A stretch of DNA of 64,000 bases, from NCBI RefSeq assembly GCF_036321535.1, contig NC_087458.1, positions 7,626,001-7,690,000 on the forward strand, written 5' to 3'. Positions within the stretch are counted from its first letter, which is position 1; every line of letters starts with the position of its first letter. The position numbers and the translations under genes were made by a program. Below the pieces are notes generated by a model that saw only the letters and a list, made by a program, of their open reading frames with translations, did no database searches and was not told the origin of the DNA. Of the stretch, positions 51,201 through 62,600 are shown piece after piece. Source of the DNA: Camelus dromedarius. Taxonomy: Eukaryota.

Positions 51201-54200
51201 CCATGACAATCCACACTTTTGGTGCCTACTTTGGGCTGGTCCTCTCCTGGGTCCTCTATAAGCCCCAGCTGGAGAAGAGCAAGCATCACCAGGGCTCTGT
51301 CTACCATTCGGACCTCTTTGCTATGATTGGTGAGGCCTGCTGAGGTGTGGTGGGTGGGCGGCCATTCATCTCCAGGCCTGGTCTCGGGGTGTCACCTATG
51401 GTCCTTGGGGCTCTGGCTGGGAACTCCCTTCCAACTCAGATTCTTCTGTCAGAGCCCCAGGATCTGTGCTCATCTTTCTTTAGTTTTATGACAGGTTCTT
51501 AGAATTCAGCACTGGGGTATGTGCATGCCCCGAGATCCATCCCAGGGACCTCTCTAAATTGATGGCATCAATCTCTGCTTAAAAGCCTCCAGGGCCCCCA
51601 CCACCCACAGTTAGAAACCAGACACCTCAGCCTGACACTTCTGCCCCTGCAGAATCTTAGCCATCCCTCACCCTCCTCCTCCCTCCCTACTCACTCTCCC
51701 TACCCTCACTCCAGCCAGACTGGCTTCTCCCCATCTCTTACCTCCAGGCCTTTGTCCCTGGTGCTGCCTCCCACCTCCTAAGGATTCCCTGGAAGCCCCT
51801 GCACTCTCAGGGGGAGAAGGAGAGGTTACAGGTCAGCCCTGGGAGCAGTAGGGTCTGACCTGCAAGCACCGTCAGCACCACCTGTTTCTTCCAAGCACGT
51901 ACCTCCACCTTGGCCTCTGCTTCTTCTTTCTTAGCAAATGAGTCAGGAAAGGCATTTGATATTTTATGTTTTCGAAGGTAGTATCGCGTAGTGACTGAAA
52001 TGCCTATTCTTCCATTAAGAAGAGAAGCTGGTTTTGTATTTCTTGCCCATATCTGGATTTGTTATGAAATTGAGCACTTGGAACCCTAGGTCAGCTGAGG
52101 TCTCCTTGCCCTCTGAGACCCAGATAAGTTTGGCTTGAAGTCCAAAGGCTTCCCCAAGATTTCTTTGTCTTCCCAGAAGGCTTACATTCTCAGATCTCCT
52201 CTGCCTGCCAGCAAACCTAGCCCCTTCCTTGATTCCTCCCAAAACTCTTCTCAGAGTATGCCTGTGTGCCTGGGGTGGGTTTCACTGCAGGCTGTGGAGA
52301 TGCAGAATTTACATTGCACACTCAAGGAGCACTGAGGACTAAGGAACAGTCCCTTGAGCCTTCTTGCCAGGCTGGCCCTACCCTACGGGTCCCCAGCCTC
52401 CCCTTGCCCCATTCTTGGCCCCCTCCCCCCTCCCTCCGGGACTGACCTGGAAGCCTCGCAGGGCAGGCGGGGCTTGTGGAGCTCCCAGTTCCAACCCTAA
52501 ATGCATAGGCCCACCTGTCGGTGCTCATGGCAGGGCCCGCCCTCTCCAGGAGGCAGCTGAGGTTATAAAACGAATGATTTTCCTGATCTGTACCAGATGA
52601 GTGCCTGACATGTGGTGACTTTTGCCTTTTTTTTCTTCCCTTTTCTGATACTTAAAAAAAAAACAACCCTCAACCTCCTGTGGTTTTCAGTCAAGTAGCT
52701 TCCTTTTGTGCCAGTATCCTTTGATGGCTACCATTTGTTGGACATTTAGTGCCTGCTCGACCACAGGCTGTGCACTTTGTATGCATCACCTCAGTCCTCA
52801 CTCTGGGAGGCAGGTGTTACTATCACCAATTTACAGATGAAGAAACTGAGGCTGCTGAGAGTGGGTGACTTGCCTGCAGTTACATAGCTTGCACCTCGTG
52901 GGGGAGCCCCTTACTTCCTCTCACTCTGCCTGCCTGCCGACCATTTAGGGACCATCTTCCTGTGGATCTTCTGGCCTAGTTTCAACTCTGCGCCCACTAC
53001 GCTGGGGAACGGGCAGCATCGGACAGTTCTCAACACGTACTACTCCTTGACCGCCAGCACCCTCAGCACCTTCGCCTTGTCAGCCCTTGTCGGGCAGGAT
53101 GGGCGGCTGGACATGGTATGGGGAGGAGGCATTGGGAGAGGCAGAGGGATAGACCGGGATGGGAAGGAGAGGTGTGGACCCTGCTTCTGTTCTCCAGGGA
53201 ACAGATAAGGGCACAGGCATGGGCGGGGGTGGGGGGCCTCCAACGGCACCGGAGACTGTGAGGTCAGAGTGTGAGGTGATGATAAGATAGCAGGAGAGTT
53301 AGAGGTTAGATGGTGGAGGGACTTCCAGAAGCAGTCAGTGCCACTGTGATGGGTGGGGTTGGGTTGGGTGTGGGCATAACACTCTGAAAGAGCCTCTCAA
53401 GCCTTGTTCTTCTTCAGGTCCACGTCCAGAACGCAGCACTGGCCGGGGGGGTTGTGGTGGGGACCTCAGCTGAAATGATGCTGACACCCTTTGGAGCTCT
53501 GGCAGCTGGCTTCCTTGCTGGGACCGTCTCCACCCTGGGGTACAAATTCTTCACGGTACAGATACCTCTTGGGCCCTGGACAGAACAGGGGGCTTCTGTA
53601 CCTTTCCTCCCACCTCTCCAACAGGCCTGGGGTGGGAGGGGGCACACGAGACTCAATATTGGTGTCCTGTCCTCCAGCCCATCCTTGAGTCAAAAATCAA
53701 AGTCCAAGATACATGTGGTGTCCACAACCTCCACGGGATGCCTGGGGTCCTGGGAGCCCTCCTGGGGGTCCTTGTGGCTGGACTGGCCACTCATGAAGCT
53801 TACGGAGATGGGTGAGTTCCCCCACCCTCACTGCCCCCCATCCTCAATGAAATCATTATCCCCTGGAATGACCTCCCTCACTCTCTTCCTCCTTTGGTGG
53901 ACCAACAACAAAAAAAAACAATGTCTGTTTTCATCCATTCATTCATCCATCTATCCCTATCTGGCAGCTGAAGAAACTGGAGTGAACAAGACCAACCCGG
54001 GGATTTCTCTCCTGGTCCTCAGTCAGGTTCAGCAGAAGGTCATTAAACAAATGATTTCAATAGTGTCATTACTAAAGGGCCAAGTAAGAGCTATTGACCC
54101 TTAGGATTGATTTTTGCACATCAGGGCTCAGAGGAGAGGGCAGGCAGAAGTGACCCTCACACCGAACCTTGAAAGGTACATGGGTGTCTGCTGGCACACG

Positions 54201-55981
54201 AGGTAGAAGGGTGTTCCAGGCTGCGGGCCTGACTAGAGCAAAGGCTGGAAGGTGAGACTCAGCCTGGCAGGCTCCCTTGAGGCCCTTGTGGCCACTGCAG
54301 AATACAGTGCAGTGCACTGATGCACTGACCAGCCCTGGCTCTGTGCTCTGTCCCTCGGTCCCCCACACCCTTCTCTCCCTGCAGCCTGGAGAGCGTGTTT
54401 CCACTCATAGCCGAGGGCCAACGCAGCGCAATGTCTCAGGCCATACACCAGCTCTTCGGGCTGTTTGTCACATTGATATTTGCCTCTGTGGGCGGGTGCC
54501 TTGGAGGTGAGTGACTTTGGCTGGGGTGGGGGCTGGCAGGAGCTCCAGGGAGGGCAGAAGACAGAAGAGGGGGGTTCTCTGGTGGAAGGGACTTTGGATC
54601 CCATCTCTCTGACATTCACTTACTCACAGATATCTGTTGAATGCCCACTTTGTGCCAGGTGTGGAGTGGGGTTGTCAAGTTCAGGGGTAACCTCCAGGTG
54701 AGGAGGAACAAGTGGGTACTTGCTCCCTCTTGGTACTAAGGGAAGGTGGGCAGCCGGCCAGGGGCTGATGGAGCCCTCTCCTCTGTGGCTTCCCTGTGCT
54801 GTTCCCTCTACCCACTAGGGGGCAGCCCAACCTCAGGTTGAGGCCCTGAAGGGGCCTGCAGAGCGATCTATCTGAGGCAGGGGGCAGGGGCAGGGGCAGG
54901 GGCAGGGAGGGAAGGGGCCTGCCTGGTTCACCACTAGCCTGGAACACCAAAACCTTCTTCTATAGAGGCAGCCTGCCCTCTAATGCCAGGTCAGGCAGGC
55001 CTTAGTCCTCTTGGCTTTCAAAATAAAACATGTGAGTCAGTATCCCCACCCTCCTGCTCTCACCTGGAGATTTTTATTCTCAAACAAGGTTCAATTCACT
55101 CATTCATTTAATTACTTATTTATTCAGTAAACACTTTCTGCATCCCTCCTGGATAGTTCATGACAGAATCACTATTTGGTCCATTCCCAACTGTGCAAAC
55201 TTTTTTTTTTAATTAAATGTTTTTATTTATTTTTAGAGGGGAGGTAATTAGGCTCCTTTATTTATTTTTAATGGAGGTGCTGGGGATTGAACCCAGGACC
55301 TCATGCATCCTAAGCACACATTCTACCCCTGAGTTATACCCTCCACCCCAAACTGTGCAAACCTGAGTAAGTTACTTAACTTCTCTGAGCTTTGTCCCAT
55401 CTCTGTAATTTCGGGATCATATTCACCTTGCAGTGTTGCTGTGATTACTCAGGAAGGCAATGCTCATCAAGCACTTTGCACAGGGCCTGGCAAATAGTAG
55501 GCGCTTGATAAATACCGCTGGGATTTGCCTGTGCCAGCCATCACACTGACCTCATGCCTCTCAGCTCCTCTGTGTCCTACGGTACTGGGGGGCAACACCC
55601 GCTAAGGGGGCAGCAAAAAGCCTCACACATTATCTCCTACCATCACCAGGACTCCTGCTGAAGCTGCCCTTCCTGGACTCCCCACCAGACTCCCAATGCT
55701 ATGAGGACCAGATTTACTGGGAGGTGAGATGTAGCTGCAGCTCCTCAGGCCCATGGGACCTCTCACCCTCCTGCTCTCCCTTCCCTGCCTCACTTCCTAT
55801 GATCCCTCTTTCCTTCCTTGCCTGCTCATTCCCCTCTGGGGCCCACCCGTGAGCTGTGGTCTCCAGCCTCCTGGAACTGCCCCTTCACTTGCCCCTCCAT
55901 CCTGCCCTCCAGGTGCCTGGGGAGCATGAGGATTTAGCCCAGGGACCTCTAAGGGCAGAGGAACCAGACACTCAGGCCTAA
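45088..55981 (+). CDS. RHBG: Ammonium transporter Rh type B: exons 45088-45274, 50260-50446, 50909-51059, 51182-51329, 52949-53115, 53418-53555, 53678-53811, 54385-54506, 55650-55723, 55913-55981; 458 aa
   Basis: Spliced frame is open over 1377 nt. Amt/Rh signatures [12 protein letters not shown] (H186), [10 protein letters not shown] and CGVHNLHG (H345) are present, as are the C-tail FLD (ankyrin-G) and YED (basolateral) motifs. Confidence 0.97.
55200..55348 (-). mobile_element. Vic-1-type tRNA-Ala SINE
   Basis: T-rich tail then ATGGAGGTGCTGGGGATTGAACCCAGGACCTCATGCATCCTAAGCACACATTCTACCCCTGAGTTATACCCTCC. Confidence 0.8.
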
Positions 55982-58900
55982 CTTGCGTCCAGCCCTGGAA
56001 AGGATGCTCTCCTTTTAGAAGATGATGACTGGCTACATTTGGGAAGCTCTTCTTTTCTAGCTCCCATCACTCCTGCTGCAAGAAAGAAGACAGGGGCTGG
56101 AAGGAGCCGCCTTTCCATAGGCAGCATTGGGAGAGAAGCAGTAGAAGGCTGGGGAGATGGTGGAGGAGTGGGCTGGCTATAAACTGGCCATGGTGGGGGA
56201 GACCCTCACATAGCCCCATGCCCTGCAAATGAGGCACCTGAGTGACTGCTGATCCACTGGACCAGCATCACACAGTTACAGTAAAGCCTGAGTCAAGGCC
56301 TAGCTCTCTGAGGATGATAAACACATCGCCAAAGAGTCTGACTCATTTTTCTGTGCACTGCGAATTTGAGGAGTTCCTCCCACCCTCTAACTGACAATAC
56401 TAGAACCTTGGGTGGGAAAGGACCTTAGTGGTGACAACATCCCTCCATGGATGTCCATGGAACTCCCCCTAGGATGCCGTGTTCTACTAGGTGGCTGCCC
56501 AGACTGGACTTACTTGCCTCTAGAGACAGGGAGCTCATTTTCTCCCAGCAAGTCTGTGTGTCTGTTACAGGACAGCTCAGGCTGCTGGAGAGTTCTTTCT
56601 ATTCCAGAATGGCTGCCACGCTGACCCTCAACTTGGGAACCTCTGAACAGAATAGGAAGAGGATCCCAGCAGAGCTTAAGAAGGGCATAAGGAATTATTT
56701 GCCACTAACTCATCAGAAGCTGGAAGCAGCCAGTCCCTAAGCACCACCTTATTCTCTGTCCCAAGTCTGAGGAGTGGGGGCTAAGAAAGGCAAATGGGAG
56801 TTGCTACCGAGAAGAATGGGGAAGGCAGCCCCCTCCACTTCCGTTGGCCTGAAGCCATGTGACCACCAGAGGGCGCTCCAGACCCAGCAGAGAAAGATAC
56901 GGCCTTTCATGCCCCTCCATCCTCCACCAAGAATGGAAGTCCTTCCTACAGCCTAACGGCCTTCCTGTCTGCTTCAGCTCTGGTCCTCACCAGTCATGCC
57001 ATAAAACTTTTCTGAGCATCTAGTCCCCACCACATGTCAGGTGTGTCCTAGGGCTTCCAGATCTCTCATCCAACACAGAATACATCCCCAGAGTAGACCA
57101 GAGCTCCTTTTCCCACTCTGAAGTACTGAGACCCACCTCTGCCCTCTCCTGCCCTTCGCCAGGCTTTTAACAGGAGCTGAGCATGACTACAGACCTCTCC
57201 CTCAAGACCAAGATCCATGCAGACTTAGGAACCCAAGGAGGAAGTGGAGGAGCACCAAGACAGGGGCCCAAGTTACCCCCATGAGGCTCCATCCTCACTG
57301 TAGTTGAAGGGGCAGAGTTTGGATGGGGAAAGAGGCGAAGCACAGAGTTAAAGAAAAGGGGAGGAACAAGGAGGGACAGGCGCCCCATGGGAACCATCCC
57401 TGCCCACATGGCGCAACTATGCCCAGCCCCTTTTAAGCTCCCTTCCTTTCTCCACAGCTTCCCCTTCCCAATGCTGGCTGGGATGGGTATGCTGGGGGAG
57501 ATGCCCACCCCGAGGCAGAAGGATGACCGCTGGGATTGCAAAAAGGCACTCTATTCTGTCAGCCCCTGCTGGGAAGAAGGGAGTCTGGGAGAACAGAAGC
57601 CCATCCCCCATTTCACCCTGCAGAGCCTTGGCTCTGGCCCTGCATGGGTCCAGGTACAGCCAGCTGACCTGCTTTCCCCTGAGCTCTGTAAGCAGTCCTC
57701 AAACAGAGATCTGAAAGACTTATAGGAATGGGGAGCCTTAAGGATAGGATGAGACCCTCCCTGCCCTAGCTTATTCTGGGTGGGGAAAGCTATGAATATT
57801 CATTTATGTATGTCACCAACATTTTCCACCTGATTCTTTCTCTCTACTCTGGTTCCCTCTTGATCACAGCCAAATCTCCAGGCTTGAAAAAACGGGTTGC
57901 TCCAGCCCAGCTAATCATTGCTCCCATCTCAATCCAGGGAGGCTTCCTGGAGAAGTGACAACTGAATCCTCTCTAGGAGGGGGCAAATTACCCAGCCAGC
58001 TTCCAAGGGAGGAAAGGCTACAGGTCTCAGGCCGGCCCACCAAGAGGTCCCTTAGAAAGGAGGGACAGGGTAGGGGCTTCCCCCCAAGAGATGGCCCTGC
58101 GTATCCTGTAACCAGATGGTTCCAGGCTCCATCACCCCCATGAAGCCTCTCATGGCCTGGGAGACGATGCTAAGCTCTGTCTCCTATGAGATCCAGCATC
58201 CTAGCCCCATGACTCAGGAGACTATCTGTTCAGGGCTGAACTCTCCTGGACCAGGCCCTTGGTTTTTCACTCTGCATTTCCTCCTCTCCCTCCCCTAACT
58301 TTCCCTCTAGTGCCTAGCACCCCGGTGGGCAGTCCATAGATTGTTCCATTTAATTGGACTGAGTCATCATTTGTGATTTGGGTGTGGGGTGATTGTCCCA
58401 TCACTGCTTTTGAACAGGGAGCTGAGACGACAGGAAAGACAGGTATCCTTTGAGCCCTTCAGCTGAATCAAGATTGAGCCCCTCCCCCATCTTTCCTGTT
58501 GCCCCTGCCTGGCTCAGTACCATTGATTCCCTCACACGGTGGCCCATCCATTCAGGCTGAGTCAACAGGGTGACAATGAACAGGTCAAGGAGATGTCAGG
58601 GACAGGGGCCAAGGGGGCTCCTTCCTCACCCCTTCAGGACAATGAGACCTCTGCCCCTCAGGGACAGCCCCTCTGATCACCACCATTATTACTCTCAATT
58701 CAGGACAATCAGACACTTGCCCACTCATGAACTCTGTCCAGCCCCAATGCCTGAGCTCTGGGGAGAATGATGGACGAGGACATTGGGCTCCTGCTGCCTT
58801 CCAGGTCCCCTCTGATGGGGAAGACAGGCTGCACTGGGGCAGTGTAAAGCCAGCAGAGCCAGAGGCATTAGGGAAAGGTTTACGGAGGTGGCCTCTGTTC

Positions 58901-59119
58901 TGGCTTGACATAAGTGGACATGGGCGACAAAACGGCTTCCTGCCCAGACATCTGGCTGGGAGGCCCAAGGTTCCCCAGGGGCCTCAGGATGCTGCCGAGC
59001 CTGTGTGGCCAGAGCCCCCTTGGTGGGGAGCTAGGAGCTGCTCCTCTGACCTCTGGAGGACCCGGTGCTCAGAACCTGCGCAGCCTGGGAAAGGCCTGAG
59101 ATCTCCCTCTATTGGGATT

Positions 59120-59650
59120 CAAATCACGGCGCGCGGTGGCCCCAGCTCGGAGAGGAATTAGACACGGCGTGGGTGTCCGAAGTGGGGGGCGGTGGCGGAC
59201 CCGGGGCAGACTTAACTCCTCAGCTGCGTTCCCCCCACCTCACCCCGATATTTCTCTCCTACCGCCAGGATCTCCCCTACTCGCCGCCGCCCGGGTCTGG
59301 GCGCCCCGTCCCCTTTGTCTGGCCCTCCCGCGCGCTCCCAGCCGGGTCCGCCGCGCCGCCCCGCGCGCCCCGGCCCGTGAGCCCGCCGCCGCAGCCGCCG
59401 CCGCCCGCGAACAATGCGGGCCAATGTCTCCGGGCGGGCGAGCCGGCTATGCAAATGTCCAACGGCCTGTGAGAATCCCCCTCCGCCGCCGCCCCGGCTT
59501 CCATCGCCTGAAAGGGGCTGGCGGCCAGGCCGGGGTGGGGGAGGCGGTCACTGCATAGGGATGAGCTGTCGTCCCGGAGCGCCCGCCCTGGACAGAGCGC
59601 CATTGTCTATGTGCCGCCGTCTGATCGCCGGTCGAGTTTGCCAGCGCGAA
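59120..59650. promoter_or_regulatory. Orphan CpG island with SOX and octamer motifs
   Basis: Dense CpG with no recognisable coding exon. AACAATG 59410-59416, CCAAT 59421-59425, ATGCAAAT 59449-59456, CATTGT 59601-59606. Confidence 0.6.
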
Positions 59651-62600
59651 GAGGAAGGCAGAAAGTGACCCAAACCAGGCCTTGGGGCCAAGGAGGGGTG
59701 GTCACCTGTTCCCTCCGTACCTACTCCTCTCCCCACAGAGCCTTGACTTTGGGGGCAGATGGTGATGGGCCCCCAGTTGGGCTCCCCCACTTCCTAGTTT
59801 GGTGGCCTGCATAAATCTGTTCATATCTCTGAGCCTCTGTCTCCTGGAGGTTAAACCTGGCCCATAGTTGGTGCTTTTCCCATCCTCCCTACCTGTTAAC
59901 CACCCTCCCCATCTCCACCCATTTTTTCATGTTAACATTGACCAGAGGTGTCTCTGCAGCCAATTCCCATCCAGAACCTTGACGGAAATACTCAAAGTTT
60001 CCCCAAAGCAGGTTATTGGATAGAGATGCACCAAGGGATCCTCTCTGACCTATGAGCCCCGGGCCCAGTCCAGGCCTTCCTTCCTGCTTCCTTCGGCCAT
60101 CCACCACCAGTTAAAAAGGCCCACCTTTTACTGGGAGAATTGCTAGCCATGCAGGACTGAAATAAGCTTCTCCAAGAGGTGGGGGGTTGCCACCGAAAGT
60201 GAAAGAAGCACATCCCTCTACCCCCAGCCCAGGAGCCTGTGTCTGTCTGACAGATGGCACCGGTCCAACACTGGTGAAAATACCTGGATGGTGGGCAAGG
60301 GACTCTACGCTGGGAGCAGAGTCCATTCTAGCTGGGAACTTGGCCCCTGCTCTTGGATGCTTACAGGTTGAACTCATGTCAAAATGGGTTTTTGGCTCTG
60401 CAAGTTGTCAGACCTGAGTCCACCTTTCCTCAGCTCCCACATAGACTTGTGATGAGTCACTGATGCCACTCAGGTGAGGAGCTATTTCAGAGATGCTCCC
60501 TGGGCCCTTGAAGCAATGATGCTTCTGGGACTCATAAGGTTTTCAGGGCAAAATCAATTGGGGCAACATCAAAATGAGAACTGTCCCAGGAAGTTCAGGT
60601 CTTCAGTCCCAGTGAGGCAGGACAGAATTGAGTTGAGTGCGGAGAGGAGGGAGAAGATGCTGGTAGAGCAGACAGTCTTTCAGGGAGCAGGGGTCCTAGT
60701 GCTGCCTCAGAGGCCTGTTCATTTCTGACGAAGATGGAGCTCTTCCTTCAGTCCTCCTGGCCTCTTTGAGGACCCAGGCACGACGTGCATGGCAACCCTA
60801 TTCTGGGGAAGTAGAAGTGAGGTGGTGGGCAGTGGAGCTTGGCCTCCTAGGATGGCATTTGGGAGACTATTAGATAAGAGGAAAGTTGGGGTCAGGGGAT
60901 GTGGGCTGGGAACTGAGGCATTTCAGGGAAGCAGCCAGAGTTCTGCATGCCCCAACTCCTCCCCTTTGGAAGTGGGCCCTCCTACAACTCCCCACTGGGT
61001 CTCTGCTCCAACCCAGAACCCTCCAAATCATTCTGACCTTGGGCTGCCCAGCCTCAGGGACACTCCTCCAGAGACCCCAAAAGCCACCTTTGAAAACAGC
61101 CAAACCCAACTCCTCACACGTCTCCACACCTGGCTAGAGCTTCCACCCACCTGAGCCCCAGAGCATCCTCCCTTCCTTGACCCTCCCTCTTCTCTTCCAG
61201 GGCACTTGCAGATTCCCTTGTTTGGGGTGGTCCCCAAAAGAGAGCTGATGAGAACTCCCTGACTTGAAGGTGGCCCTCTTTCTTTGGCCTGGATTTCCTG
61301 GGCTCTGGATGGTCTTTGGGTCCCTAGGCAGGACCCAAGCAGACCCAGCTTGGCTCTGAGGCTGAGAGAGGAAGTGGGCTTTGTTGTGCTTGGGCATCGT
61401 CTGGATTCTTAAATTTGCTTTTCCCACCCTGCTCTTCTTGGCAGGAGAGCCCTCAGCTGGAGAAACTGCCCCCCCTACCCCAGTGTCCCCTCCTTCCCAG
61501 CTCAGCACCATCCATCTCCGTCTCCCCAGAGCAAGGAATGTGGCTCCAGGACACTGTAGGGCTTGTTCCCAATCCCCTTCTAGCTCATTTCACTCAGGCT
61601 TTTACAGACTCGCCTTCATTCCACAGGCTGCTGTCTGGGTTCTGGCTCTGAAGGCACAGACAGAGGTCTACCCCTCCTCCCTGCAATTCCTCACGCTTCA
61701 TTTTGTCCCAACACCATCTGAGGAGGCTGCTCCGTGGGGGTCAAGGAACCCTGGTGTGGGAGCCGGTGGGGGGCAGGGTCCCCTTTCTCCCCATCTCTCC
61801 AGCCATTCAGGCTGACCTCCACTGTAGCTCATCCCTACAGCTATACAGTATCCGCAAGCTATACCAGGGTCTGCCAGCCATCCATCCCCTCACTCTCGTT
61901 CCTGTCTATGCCCCGCAAGCCTCGATTATTGGTAGAATTAGTACCGGGCTTCTTGTTGGCAGTTGCTAATTAAGATCATTTATAAACGTGATTATTAATG
62001 CCATAGCGGGCTGCAGCCACCAGCATCTATCACCCGCACCATCGGAGAGGTGCGGGCTCCGGGATGGCTTCTGCCAGCCTCCATCTTGGGAAGGGCTGCT
62101 CCCTTTCACCACCAGCCCCACTTCGCTTCAGACCATCAAGGCAAGGGTTAGTGTGTACAGAGGTTAGAAGGGGGTTTAGCTGAGACTTCCAGAGAAATGG
62201 AGGGGGAGCCTTCACTCTAGGGGACCCCAAAACTGGAACCATGTATGTGTGTGTGTGTGTGTGTATGTGTTTGTATGTGAGAAAGAGAGAGAAGGACTGT
62301 GTAAGCCACATGATGCCAGTATCTTTCTTCCCCAGAATGATCAAGGCTGGGACTGGATGGAGCTCGTGGAGACTAGGGAGAGCTTGGATGCTCCCCCTAA
62401 TGTGCATCCCTGCTCTCCAGCAACCCAAATTCCAGCTTAGCCTTAAGCCAGGTGATATGGTATTGGAATGTCCCCTTCTGTAGTTGGGGGATCATTTCAG
62501 TGAGACAGTGAGACATTCCCTAAAAAAAGGATCCAAGTGGAATATTTACCTCAGAACTGCTGAGTACCTACCAGGTGCCAGGCGTTAGGGATCCTCTCGT

